Source: an uncultured Gammaproteobacteria bacterium
Lineage (GTDB): Bacteria > Patescibacteriota > Patescibacteriia > UBA11705
Assembly: GCA_964592195.1 (NCBI GenBank)
Contig: CAZQEI010000003.1
Span: 20,174 to 84,173, forward strand
Reading direction: 5' to 3'
Length of the DNA: 64,000 nucleotides
Part shown: in pieces, positions 29,832 to 39,876 of the stretch
Layout: every line of letters begins with the position of its first letter
How positions within the stretch are numbered: position 1 is the stretch's first letter
The notes under the pieces: model-generated
What the model was told of the DNA's origin: nothing
Database searches by the model: none
Seen by the model: the letters and a program-made list of their open reading frames with translations, nothing else
Position numbers and translations under genes: made by a program

Positions 29832-30323
29832 CTATTTACCAACTACCACTTTCGCCACTTGAATAACTTTACCATTTAATTTATAACCAGACTTAGTTTC
29901 TTTAACAATGACATCACCATCTTTATCCTGATGTTCGACTGCTTCGTGAATCTCGGGATTAAACTTTTCACCCACAGTTTTTATTTCTTCTACGCCGTTG
30001 TTAACTAGGAAATCACCCATCATCTTTTTAATATGTCCGAAACCCACCACCCACGCATTACTCTTCTGCTCTTCTGGAATACTATTTAACGCTGATTTAA
30101 AATAATCAAATACTGGTAATAACTCAATCAACAAATTTCCATTGGCGTATTTAACAAAATCTTCTCGATCGCGAGCAGATTCTTTTTTCAAATTTTCATA
30201 ATCAGCCATGGCGCGTTTCCAGCCGGCTAGATATTCTCCAGCTTTAGTTTGTAAATCGTTGATTTGGTTATCTGCGTTATCGTTGCTTTGAGTACTGTTT
30301 TGTTGTTGTTTTGACTTCTTCAT
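29832..30323 (-). CDS. grpE: Nucleotide exchange factor GrpE
   Basis: RAMADYENLKK, LLPVFD, FNPEIHEAV, GYKLNGKVI..AKVVV. Confidence 0.96.
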   Translation of the reverse strand: MKKSKQQQNSTQSNDNADNQINDLQTKAGEYLAGWKRAMADYENLKKESARDREDFVKYANGNLLIELLPVFDYFKSALNSIPEEQKSNAWVVGFGHIKKMMGDFLVNNGVEEIKTVGEKFNPEIHEAVEHQDKDGDVIVKETKSGYKLNGKVIQVAKVVVGK

Positions 30324-30404
30324 AAATTACGAATTTTCGAATTTGTTTCGAATGTGTACGAATTATTGTTTTTATAATGTTGCGAGTATTTATTTGATCA
30401 ATGG

Positions 30405-31091
30405 TCAATGATCATTGTTCAATGTGGAAAAAAAATGAATTAAATTAAAATTCAATTGATAATCCATGCGGGATGGACCGAGGATGAATAAGCGGGCATC
30501 AGCGGCGGCTGGGATTTTACTACCGACCACGGAACATTGGCCACCGAAGGGGCAATTCTCACCGATCAACACATGCGGTTCATTCGTAGATTCAAATACT
30601 TCATTAATCACTCCCTCAAAATGATCCAACACGCGGGACAAATCAATCACCGCATTTTTATCGGCAAACTCAGGTTGAGAAAATAACATTGATAATCCGG
30701 TGTAATAAATATCATTTTCAGAAAATGCCAAAATGACTGCTTCATTGACTAACTCGGAAATTTTCTTGGCTAGTTGCTTTTGATTTTCTCGTGAAATATT
30801 CTCAGATACTAAATCATCAAAAACGTCTTTGATTTTAGCACTTAATTTTTCTACCTTTAAAAAGTTATCCACATAGTATTGATAGCCTTTAGCAGTTGGA
30901 ATTCTCCCTGCGGAAGTATGTGGAGAAACTAAAAAACCCAACTTTTCAAGTTCAATCATCTCATTGCGCATGGTGGCTGAGCTGATGGGCTCTGGCCATT
31001 TGGACGCCAAAAATTGAGACGCGACCGGTTGGGCGGTTTTGATATATTCTTCAATAATAACCTGTAATAATTGTGATAAACGTTCTCGCAT
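30405..31091 (-). CDS. hrcA: Heat-inducible transcription repressor HrcA (short form)
   Basis: YI.TAQPVAS, SSATMRNEM..LE, PHTSAGRIPT..GY..YVD, LGPSRMDY. Confidence 0.95.
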   Translation of the reverse strand: MRERLSQLLQVIIEEYIKTAQPVASQFLASKWPEPISSATMRNEMIELEKLGFLVSPHTSAGRIPTAKGYQYYVDNFLKVEKLSAKIKDVFDDLVSENISRENQKQLAKKISELVNEAVILAFSENDIYYTGLSMLFSQPEFADKNAVIDLSRVLDHFEGVINEVFESTNEPHVLIGENCPFGGQCSVVGSKIPAAADARLFILGPSRMDYQLNFNLIHFFSTLNNDH

Positions 31092-31093
31092 AG

Positions 31094-31152
31094 TTAGCAC
31101 TCAGTTTAATAGACTGCTAACTACATTATATAGGAATAAATGAGGGTGTCAA
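31094..31152 (-). promoter_or_regulatory. CIRCE operator (31094-31120) and sigma70 promoter TTGACA-16-TATAAT of the heat-shock cluster
   Basis: TTAGCACTC-N9-GACTGCTAA, one mismatch from CIRCE, 2 nt upstream of the hrcA ATG. Confidence 0.93.
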
Positions 31153-31288
31153 TAGTCAATGAACATTGATCATTGATCACGGGATAAGCACTAAATCTTA
31201 AATTCTAAAGTAGGAAATATTCTTTTAAATAATAACTTCCATCCCTTTTTCTCATTATACTCTTTTACTCTTTATTCTCACATTTCCA

Positions 31289-33139
31289 TTACCAAACGAC
31301 CCCATTACCCTTCGGTATTTTATCACTAATTGGTAATTCAGTAGTTAAATCAGACAAAGCATGTGTCACTCTCTTGCCGGTCAAGGCGTCGGTGCCGGAA
31401 ATGGTAATGTTTTCTAATAAATTAACCACATCTCCACGTTGGTCAGCAGATGGCGTTAACCCTAGTTCAAAAGCTAAACTTATATTAGCCGGGTTAACTT
31501 TCACTTTACTTAATGCCCACGACACAGTTTTTGTCGCCGCGTCGTAGTTTATATTTTTTCCAATGGTAACGCTAGTTTGATTGGTCCATACCACATTCGC
31601 CGCTAAATTCGCGCTTAAACGTACATCATTCATATCCCGCACATCATTGGTGACCTGCATAAAGATCCAATATTTTGTAGTTTGACCAACTTGCGGAGGA
31701 ATTGGACCGCGACCAAGTTGATCGCCCTCGGGTGAATAGTAACGAACGCTGGATTTTAACCCTAAATTATTTTCCAAAACAGCCAGTGCCGGTGCCGCGG
31801 TCAAGCTTAAAGCATTTTTATTTATTTCAAAATTTATTTTTGGCGTAATACTAATCTGATTGTCAGCGCTAGAAAAACTGGAATTAGTTTTCAAAGCTAA
31901 AGTTATTTCTCGTTTTTCACCTGGAGTCAACAGATCAAACCAAGGGAAATCTAAATTGTTGAAAATAATATTCCCGTCTTTAATTACTGGTTGACGAGAT
32001 GAGGCTGTTAACCATTGACCAACATTGTTATCCTCGGGTAATAATAAAGAAATATTTTCAATATTATTTGATCCTGTATTTTCAAATTTTAAATTTAAAG
32101 TTAAATTCTGTCCTGGTTGAATAGATGATTCAGTTAACGCCGCGGTAAACTTCAATCCCGGATTATAAATCACCAACGTTTTTTCTTCTTGCCATTGCAA
32201 ATAATATTCACCATTATACTTCACATAAAAACTTAACTTTAATGGCACGGTCAAATCTGAGCCAGTCACTTGCCAAGTAGAATCAATCGTGACTTTTTCT
32301 TCCGGCGTAACTCCATATTTTCGCCAGACACCGTCCAGGTAACTTTCACCACCATCAATCACTTTTAAATTATTAGCCGGGAAAACTTGCCAATACACTT
32401 CATCAAAATTTTCCGCCACGTTGATCAAACCAAATTGCATCGCGAAATTTTCTCCGGCAATCGCTTGAGTTGGCGCTAACCAAGAAGTTTTAAATTCGCT
32501 GCCGGCGAAAGAATATTCAAACTGTTTATTGGTATTAAACTTTCCCCATAAACGCGCGCCGTATTTATTGGTTTTGTAATAGCTAAAGGTGGTGTAAATA
32601 GACTGCTTCTCGTTAACATTGCCCAGGACTCTCCCAGTAATCGTCAATTTACCATTCGCCCCCGGAGCCAAATCACCAAGGAACAAAATATTTTTCTCTC
32701 GATCATAATCAGTGCGAGACACATCTTGGAAATTAAAATTCTTTGGAAGTTTCACGGCCAAGGACGCTAATTGCAAATCAAAAGGATTATCATTGGTATA
32801 TTCAATTACAAAACTGGTTAAACCGGCGCTTTTAATTTCTTGTGATTGAGAATAAACATTCACATTTAGTTTATCCACAAAATAATGACTACCACCAATC
32901 CAGTAGAAAATATTGGCAACAATAGCTAATAAAATTGTTATCGCAATCAAACCATCAATGAATAGATGTTTTATATTAAAACGATAACGAACGTTCCACC
33001 TTTGTCTCCACCATTTTCCCGGGGCGGTAAAAACATTGATATTTTTTATTTCAATTTTGTCATCCTTGCCCTCGCGTTGCAGTTCATCGCGAATATCTTT
33101 GAAGTCGTCGGGGCGGATTTCGAGTAAATTGTTTACCAT
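31289..33139 (-). CDS. Single-pass membrane protein with Ig-like (DUF11-like) extracellular domains
   Basis: N-terminal TM, beta-rich repeats (GDLAPGA.G, LTPGEK), GPIPP.VG.TT.Y.I C-terminal domain. Confidence 0.75.
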   Translation of the reverse strand: MVNNLLEIRPDDFKDIRDELQREGKDDKIEIKNINVFTAPGKWWRQRWNVRYRFNIKHLFIDGLIAITILLAIVANIFYWIGGSHYFVDKLNVNVYSQSQEIKSAGLTSFVIEYTNDNPFDLQLASLAVKLPKNFNFQDVSRTDYDREKNILFLGDLAPGANGKLTITGRVLGNVNEKQSIYTTFSYYKTNKYGARLWGKFNTNKQFEYSFAGSEFKTSWLAPTQAIAGENFAMQFGLINVAENFDEVYWQVFPANNLKVIDGGESYLDGVWRKYGVTPEEKVTIDSTWQVTGSDLTVPLKLSFYVKYNGEYYLQWQEEKTLVIYNPGLKFTAALTESSIQPGQNLTLNLKFENTGSNNIENISLLLPEDNNVGQWLTASSRQPVIKDGNIIFNNLDFPWFDLLTPGEKREITLALKTNSSFSSADNQISITPKINFEINKNALSLTAAPALAVLENNLGLKSSVRYYSPEGDQLGRGPIPPQVGQTTKYWIFMQVTNDVRDMNDVRLSANLAANVVWTNQTSVTIGKNINYDAATKTVSWALSKVKVNPANISLAFELGLTPSADQRGDVVNLLENITISGTDALTGKRVTHALSDLTTELPISDKIPKGNGVVW

Positions 33140-33160
33140 ATTTTATAATTTATTTCGCTA

Positions 33161-33299
33161 CTACGAATGACAAAGTGGCTACGAATCAACGAATCTTAAA
33201 AGCATAGAAAGCAGAGTAACAATAACAATGTTTTTGAAGTATAGATATTCGTAGATACCTGCCTGCGCAGGCAGGCGTAGCAGATACGTTATTGGTAGC
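33161..33299. repeat. Gene-less inverted pair of the GxxExxY-flanking repeat; right arm interrupted by an 18-bp palindrome; related arms at 13034-13067 and 22750-22783
   Basis: Arms align with CTACGAATAACAAATCAGCTACGAATCTACG. Confidence 0.8.
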
Positions 33300-33312
33300 A
33301 AAGACCTATCAT

Positions 33313-35352
33313 TTACCTTACAAAAGAAAAAGCATTGTTGGTCGTGGCAATAATTTCCAACTTATCATTTCCGTCAATATCGGCGACAGCCACAGCTACG
33401 CCGTCGGTATTATTTTTATCAAAAGCAAAGAATTGTCCGAGTTTTAATTCACCTTTAATATCAAAAATCTTCACATGAGGTGCACCGCCTTTACCTGGAC
33501 CGGTAATTATTTCCGCTTTGCCGTCATTATCCAAATCACCCACTGCCACGTTCACCCCACCGCGGAATTTTTTGTCATAAGCAAAGAACCCCGGATTGAC
33601 TAACTTGCCATTCACGCTGAAAATTCTCACATGCGGACCGCCTCCAACTCCAGCACCAGTTGCAATTTCAAAGTTGCCATCACCATTCACATCACCCACA
33701 GCCACATTCACACCACCACGATATTCTTTAGCATAAGCGAAAAAGCCGGGATTGATCAACTTTCCACTTGAATTAAAAATTCTCACTTGCGGACCACCGC
33801 CGTCTTTCGTTCCCGTAATTATTTCTTTTTTACCATCTTTATCTAAATCAGCCACGACAAAGTTTATTCCCTGGTTAAAAGTCTCACCGTAAGGATAAAA
33901 TGATGCTTGCAAATTATAGTTGGAATTGTAAATTTTAATTTGATTTGAGTTAGCCACAATAATATTACGATCGCCATCATTATCAATATCTGTTTGCGAA
34001 ACCATGACACCGCCAAGGAACTGATTCAAGTAAGCGAAAAATCCGGATTGCACAGATTGACCATACAAATCGAAAACCCGAGCAAAGGAACCATTGGAAT
34101 AAGTGGCATTATTAATCTCAGAAGTATTTTTTAATAAGATCAAACCATCCTCACCTTTCAAGGTTACTTGATTCACAAATGATCCATCGTTGATCACAGT
34201 ATCTTGTTTTCCCTTTAACTTGGAATATTCAGCTCGTAAATCAATGGTATATTCTTTCTTTGTTGAGTTAACTAACACTACACCCTTCTCAAAATCTCTT
34301 CGCCACACTCCGTCAGTTAACTTTTGACTATTAGTTAAAATATTCAAAGGCTCTCCGATAGGTTTTCCCAAATACACATCATATTCATCATACCACCACA
34401 TCTCCGTATGTGTCTGATCACCGTTATCAAAACTGTAAAAACCATCACTAAGCAAGGCGCTGGCTAAGCCATAACGCATTTTTTGATAATCGCTTCGCTT
34501 CTGAGTATTGTTAACATTACTATTTAAAATACCAATAGTCGGTGAATAACCGTCTTTCACGATCGTGCGGTAACGATTCATGGTGTAGGCCCAACCTTGA
34601 TACGGGAAATGCTCGTAAAGTGACCCATTAATATATTTATAATAACCTTCTCCCCCATTACCCACAATAGTCACATCCGATCCAAACAACTGACGAGAAT
34701 TACTTAACAAAGTACTCATCCCCGCTCTCCAAGCCGCTGTCTGCTCTACTTTGGTTTCTGCTTTGCCGTCCCGATTCAAATCAATATTAAAACTTTCGAG
34801 GAAATCAATGCCCATCCAGACATTATCATAAAAAACTCCATCCCAAAGTCCGGTGCTTAATATTTCATTTTTTACAAACCACGGAATGTAATCATAATAT
34901 TTCTTACCATCAACAGTAGGACAATTATCTGTAACATTTAAAATCGGATTACCCGGCCACCAGTAAACCTTATTACCATCTTTATCTCGCAACCACCATT
35001 CGTTCGGTATGCCATCAATAAATTTCTTGCGCAAAGTTCCCGGTAAATTCGAAGAATCACCGCGCACTTCTTGACTGGCCAAATAAGCTAACAATTTAAT
35101 TTTGGGATTATATTTTTTTAACAAGCGTAAACTATTCGGCGAATAATGCTGCACTTCCATGTCAATCAACAAAACATCCCACTGTGCCAAGGTTTTCGCC
35201 TCAGCCTCGGTAATATCCCAACGAAAAAAAATGTTGGCCAACTTCGGAGAGTCAACATTGAGAGCCGCGCTTCGAGCGGGCAAATCACTGACAGCTAAAC
35301 AACCGGAAACTAACATCACAATTAAAATAATTTTGGTGAATATTTTTTTCAT
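33313..35352 (-). CDS. Secreted putative glycoside hydrolase with C-terminal FG-GAP/VCBS-like repeats
   Basis: Signal peptide; WDGVFYDN, GVWRRDFEKG.VLVN; repeats of GGVNVAVGD.DG..EI.TG.G.GG.PHV. Confidence 0.8.
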   Translation of the reverse strand: MKKIFTKIILIVMLVSGCLAVSDLPARSAALNVDSPKLANIFFRWDITEAEAKTLAQWDVLLIDMEVQHYSPNSLRLLKKYNPKIKLLAYLASQEVRGDSSNLPGTLRKKFIDGIPNEWWLRDKDGNKVYWWPGNPILNVTDNCPTVDGKKYYDYIPWFVKNEILSTGLWDGVFYDNVWMGIDFLESFNIDLNRDGKAETKVEQTAAWRAGMSTLLSNSRQLFGSDVTIVGNGGEGYYKYINGSLYEHFPYQGWAYTMNRYRTIVKDGYSPTIGILNSNVNNTQKRSDYQKMRYGLASALLSDGFYSFDNGDQTHTEMWWYDEYDVYLGKPIGEPLNILTNSQKLTDGVWRRDFEKGVVLVNSTKKEYTIDLRAEYSKLKGKQDTVINDGSFVNQVTLKGEDGLILLKNTSEINNATYSNGSFARVFDLYGQSVQSGFFAYLNQFLGGVMVSQTDIDNDGDRNIIVANSNQIKIYNSNYNLQASFYPYGETFNQGINFVVADLDKDGKKEIITGTKDGGGPQVRIFNSSGKLINPGFFAYAKEYRGGVNVAVGDVNGDGNFEIATGAGVGGGPHVRIFSVNGKLVNPGFFAYDKKFRGGVNVAVGDLDNDGKAEIITGPGKGGAPHVKIFDIKGELKLGQFFAFDKNNTDGVAVAVADIDGNDKLEIIATTNNAFSFVR

Positions 35353-35354
35353 GT

Positions 35355-36572
35355 TTAACCACTAGGCATCTCACGATTAATAGTTTCCAAATAAATATCT
35401 TGCAAACGTTCTACATAATGCTCATTCATTTTTTCGATCTTTTCTCGGGCTTGTTTTCCGACTGATTCGATTTGATTCACATCATACCAAACATCTTTAA
35501 TGGTTTGTCTTAAATCTAAATAATTACCCGCTTCAAACACCCATCCAGTTTGTCTGGGCGTCACCAACTCTGGCACACCGCCCAAGTCGCTGGCAATCAC
35601 TGGTTTACCCCACGCCATAGCTTGTGTCACCACATACGGACTATTCTCTCCCAATTCAGACGGGAAAACTACTAAACGGCTGTGACGTACATAATCAGCA
35701 ATCTCGCTTTGATTTTTGTAACCAAGGAATTCCACATTGCGAATACGATTCTTTTCCACTAACTGTTTTAATTTTAATAAATCTTCCCCTTCGCCAATGA
35801 TTTGCACAGGAATATCTTCCAACTCTTCAACCGCTTTCAACAAGGTTTCAATTCCCTTGCCATACACCAACCGTGATACGCAAACTAATTTTTCTCCCGG
35901 AATAAACTGCGGACTATATTTATCAATAGCTAACGGATTATTCAAATAGGAAATATTTTTCACGCCATGTTGCTCCATGGTTTTCAGCATAAATTGGCTG
36001 GGCGCCAGAAACCAATCAATTTTTTCTTGATATAAATTAAAAACTTTAATTAGCCAATGTTCAATATCTGCCCACAAACTAATCAAATAGGAATTTTGCA
36101 CTTGTTTTTCTTTTAAGGTTTGCCAAGCATCAGCCGGTTGACAGACACCGCGATAGCAACGCAAATTGTAAGCTGGAGAAATCATTTGAAAATCATGCAA
36201 AGTTTGCACCACCGGCACTTTATGTTTTTTCAAGACAGTTAAAATTGACGGCGTTAAATGATGCAAAAAATTATGCAAATGAGCAATCTCTGGCTTTTCC
36301 GCGATGATTATTTTTTCTAATTGCTCGGCCGCGGGTTTGGAATAAAATGATCGACAAGCTTTTTTCAATTCTTTCCACCAACCTTCACGCATAGAAAAAT
36401 CAATTTCCGGCGCAAAGTAACCAGCAAAGGGCGATTCTAAGTTCCTCGAATTCGCCATGCTAAAAACTATCACCTCGTGCCCGGCCGATTCCAACAAGCG
36501 TTTAGTGTCATACATGGCTATTTCCGCGCCACCGCGTTCGTAGTAGAATTTGTTGATTAGGAGAATTTTCAT
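35355..36572 (-). CDS. Glycosyltransferase family 4
   Basis: KILLINKFYYERGGAE, PS...EN.P....AMAWGKPVIASDLGGVPE. Confidence 0.92.
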   Translation of the reverse strand: MKILLINKFYYERGGAEIAMYDTKRLLESAGHEVIVFSMANSRNLESPFAGYFAPEIDFSMREGWWKELKKACRSFYSKPAAEQLEKIIIAEKPEIAHLHNFLHHLTPSILTVLKKHKVPVVQTLHDFQMISPAYNLRCYRGVCQPADAWQTLKEKQVQNSYLISLWADIEHWLIKVFNLYQEKIDWFLAPSQFMLKTMEQHGVKNISYLNNPLAIDKYSPQFIPGEKLVCVSRLVYGKGIETLLKAVEELEDIPVQIIGEGEDLLKLKQLVEKNRIRNVEFLGYKNQSEIADYVRHSRLVVFPSELGENSPYVVTQAMAWGKPVIASDLGGVPELVTPRQTGWVFEAGNYLDLRQTIKDVWYDVNQIESVGKQAREKIEKMNEHYVERLQDIYLETINREMPSG

Positions 36573-36584
36573 ATTTTTTTATTT

Positions 36585-36760
36585 CGTAATTCGTAAAGCT
36601 TAACACGTTATTCGTTAAACGTGAAACGAGATACGTGAAGCGTTAATCGTAATTCGTAATTCGTTATACGTAATTCGTGAAGCGATAAATACCTACCCGA
36701 TTAAGGCCTATATTCTTGATTCTTAATTCTTAATTCTTAATTCTTGATTCTTAATTCTTC
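36585..36760. repeat. Heptamer tandem tracts: CGTAATT-like (36585-36685) and 7 x ATTCTTN (36712-36760)
   Basis: Read directly. Confidence 0.75.
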
Positions 36761-36778
36761 TCCCTCACCCCCTCATAC

Positions 36779-37861
36779 CTATTTAACCAACCACTGATAC
36801 AAATTCTCATATTCTTTGATCAGTAAATTGATATCAAATTTTTCATGCACCCGGGATTGTAATTTCACTGCCATTTTCTGAGCTTCGTCGCGATGGGTAA
36901 AAATCCAATTCATAATATTCACCAAACTTTCAAGGTCATTCGGCTCAAACATTCTACCGTTAACGCCATCGGTAATAATTTCCGGCACACCACCGACTCG
37001 AGAAGCAACAACAAACTTCCCCAAGGCAGCGGCTTCAATCACTGACAATCCCATGCCTTCACTGCGACTAGCAAGAACAAAGACATCAGACTTTTCCAAG
37101 TATTCTCGAATATCGGGAATAAAACCGGTGAATAAAATCTTTTCTTCCATTTTCTGTTGCGTGACCATCTCTTGCAACTTCGAACGTTCCGATCCATCAC
37201 CGACTAAATACAATTGCCAATCATCACGTTTCAAATACTTACAAGCGCGAACTAACGTTCTATGATTTTTCAATGGTACCAAGCGACCGACAGAACAGAA
37301 AGTCACTTTATCATGACGTAAAATTGGTGGCGCTTCCTTACTGAATTTCGACATATCAATACCATTGTAGATTACGGTAATTTTTTCCCCCGGATACTTA
37401 TTGAACTTCACCAAAAAATCACGGCTGGCATTCGAAATCGCCACGATACGGGAATAAAATTTTCGCACTTGACCCAACAATATTTTTTTAATAAACGGAT
37501 CCGGTAAAACATCATGTTTAGTTCCAATAATAACCGGCACTTTTGCCAACTTAGCGGCCCAGCCACCCCAGAACTCGCCACCGAATAAATGCAAGTGAAC
37601 AATATCGGGTTTTTCCTGTTTAAAAAATTGTTTCAAGCGACGAACCACAGTCCAATCACCTTTGAAATGTTTGGAAATAACGGTCACTTTAATCTCCGCC
37701 ACGTTAAAATCACGCACCAGCTTGCCACCGCGACCGATGGTGACCACTTGAAAATCAAATTTGGATTTATCAATCTTGCGACCCAAATCCAAAAGCAACC
37801 GCTCAGCACCGCCGTAGTTTAATTCACTGATAACATGAATAATTTTTATTTTTTTGGACAT
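36779..37861 (-). CDS. Glycosyltransferase family 4
   Basis: GGAER, VGRL...K.H, DVFVLASRSEGMG...IEA. Confidence 0.92.
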   Translation of the reverse strand: MSKKIKIIHVISELNYGGAERLLLDLGRKIDKSKFDFQVVTIGRGGKLVRDFNVAEIKVTVISKHFKGDWTVVRRLKQFFKQEKPDIVHLHLFGGEFWGGWAAKLAKVPVIIGTKHDVLPDPFIKKILLGQVRKFYSRIVAISNASRDFLVKFNKYPGEKITVIYNGIDMSKFSKEAPPILRHDKVTFCSVGRLVPLKNHRTLVRACKYLKRDDWQLYLVGDGSERSKLQEMVTQQKMEEKILFTGFIPDIREYLEKSDVFVLASRSEGMGLSVIEAAALGKFVVASRVGGVPEIITDGVNGRMFEPNDLESLVNIMNWIFTHRDEAQKMAVKLQSRVHEKFDINLLIKEYENLYQWLVK

Positions 37862-37866
37862 AAAAT

Positions 37867-38889
37867 TCAATCGTAATAATGTTCAGTTTGACTAAAGGCA
37901 AAAGCATTAACTATAAGATGAAAATCATCTGAATTAACTGTCGCAATTGTTATATGCCTATGATTACCGTTTTGTGAACCAAGTAATGTTGCTAATTCCG
38001 ACTCACTTTTAGTTTGCCCGGGAAGCCCGATCAAAGACCGAGAACAGACGCCATTAAGATAGATTGGTTGATAATCATTATTCATGTATGTTAACAAAAA
38101 ATCATAATACATTTCCACGAAGGTCGGACAAAATTTCTGAAAAGGAACCAACTTCATAAGTTCATCTAAAGGAACTTCCTCATCTTTCCGTTTCCAGATA
38201 TTAAATTTACGACAACATTGAGCCAATTGAAGTTCAGGTATGTCTTTAAGACCGACAGATTCTATATATTCAATATAATCATAGAATGCCTTTAATGTCA
38301 CATCCGAATCATCTTCTTCTTTGATAGATGAATTGTCAGGTCGTATCAATGCCCACCTTGAAGAAAATACTTCTGATGAAAACACCGGATCAAGTAGATC
38401 TATTGAATTCGCATTATGTTGTTCTAATTCAAACGAACCTGATATCATATTTAAACGATTATCAACTATTCTTTTCAACAGACCGGCATTCATTTTGTGT
38501 GCGTGTTTTTCCGGCGTCCAACGAAGCACTAACAAATGCCCCAAGTCTTTGGCTTTTTTCAATTCTGAATCAGAAAAAGGAATTGGTGGAATTTCATGCT
38601 CGGGAATTTCAAATCCAAACGCTTTTGTGACCGACTCAGGTCCAAAGAAACTCTCTTTTCCCATTATTTCAAGAGCTCTATCCATTTGGACTTCAACATT
38701 GCTTAATGTTTTTTCTTTTAATGGAGATAATCGTTCCAACTGTCCCAGTATTTCTTTCACTTGTTCTGGTGACGGCGGGTTGCCTTTATTACTCTTAACA
38801 ATATCATGCAGACGACTCGAAACTTCCGCGTAGGTATGAGCTACGGGTGAATCAGTTGATAAAGTTAAGTTTTGTATATTTTCCGGCAT
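37867..38889 (-). CDS. Array A paralog (conserved N-terminal leader, variable body)
   Basis: LTL...SPVAHTYAEVSSRLH leader; IPPIPFS..EL..AK..G..L.LRW. Confidence 0.85.
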   Translation of the reverse strand: MPENIQNLTLSTDSPVAHTYAEVSSRLHDIVKSNKGNPPSPEQVKEILGQLERLSPLKEKTLSNVEVQMDRALEIMGKESFFGPESVTKAFGFEIPEHEIPPIPFSDSELKKAKDLGHLLVLRWTPEKHAHKMNAGLLKRIVDNRLNMISGSFELEQHNANSIDLLDPVFSSEVFSSRWALIRPDNSSIKEEDDSDVTLKAFYDYIEYIESVGLKDIPELQLAQCCRKFNIWKRKDEEVPLDELMKLVPFQKFCPTFVEMYYDFLLTYMNNDYQPIYLNGVCSRSLIGLPGQTKSESELATLLGSQNGNHRHITIATVNSDDFHLIVNAFAFSQTEHYYD

Positions 38890-38896
38890 AAATATT

Positions 38897-39868
38897 TTAA
38901 TATCTATTGACCACCAATTTTATATTATGGCTATCACATGTCAACATATCTGTTTTCTCAAAAACAGAAAGAATCTTTTCATAATGTCCCAAAGTTCTAT
39001 TTTCACGAAGATATAGACAAGCGGCTTTTTGAGTACCTGATGGACCCTCTCTCCTACTTGTTCTGGTTAATATAGTTCCCAATTTCATTTTATCTCCCAG
39101 CAGTACCGCGTCATAAACCACCTCATTCAAAGTGGGTAAAAAATCTTGAATAACAGGCACATTCAAAAAATTTGATTGCCATAAAAATCCCGGGGTCTTA
39201 AAATACTCTTTCGTATCTTCAAAAGACGCCTTAACCTCTCTGGCGGGTACATACTTTGAGAACTGATCTCGAAACCAATCCATTAAATCAGGATAATTCG
39301 TTTTGTCTACAGTATCAATATATTGTCCATAGGGGCCACAAAGTGCCCAACCAAGACGAACAGCCTCATTTACTCCACTAGAACGGACATAATCTACCAT
39401 ATCATTAATATTTGCGCCGGTGCCTACTTTGAATCTACTAATCCAGACCAAACACAATTTATTTATATCTAACCATTTACGATCTGGTGTAATGTCCCAA
39501 CGTAAAATTAAACTGAGTCCTTGTTTTTTGGCCTTCATTAATTCCTTCTCTGAAAAATTTATAGTCGGTATCTGATCCACAGGCACATCAAAACCAAAAA
39601 CTTTTCTAATAGCTTCAGTTCCATAAAAGTTTTCTTCTCCCATAATATCTCGAGCATCATCCATCTCCACAGCACCTACAAATGGCGCTTCATCATCGAA
39701 ACTATCCAACCCTTCCAATTGTTTTAACATAAACTTCACCTGTTCCGGTGACGGTGGTTTACCATTGTTGCTCTTCACAATTTCATGCAACCGACTCGAT
39801 ACTTCCGCGTAGGTGTGAGCTACGGGTGAATTGTCGGGTAAAGTTAAGTTTTGGATATTTTCTGGCAT
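38897..39868 (-). CDS. Array A paralog
   Basis: Same leader and core motifs. Confidence 0.85.
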   Translation of the reverse strand: MPENIQNLTLPDNSPVAHTYAEVSSRLHEIVKSNNGKPPSPEQVKFMLKQLEGLDSFDDEAPFVGAVEMDDARDIMGEENFYGTEAIRKVFGFDVPVDQIPTINFSEKELMKAKKQGLSLILRWDITPDRKWLDINKLCLVWISRFKVGTGANINDMVDYVRSSGVNEAVRLGWALCGPYGQYIDTVDKTNYPDLMDWFRDQFSKYVPAREVKASFEDTKEYFKTPGFLWQSNFLNVPVIQDFLPTLNEVVYDAVLLGDKMKLGTILTRTSRREGPSGTQKAACLYLRENRTLGHYEKILSVFEKTDMLTCDSHNIKLVVNRY

Positions 39869-39876
39869 GTGTTTTA

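Noticed and set aside
29525-29842. 105-aa ORF between grpE and hsp20
   Set aside because: Made entirely of nested repeat elements
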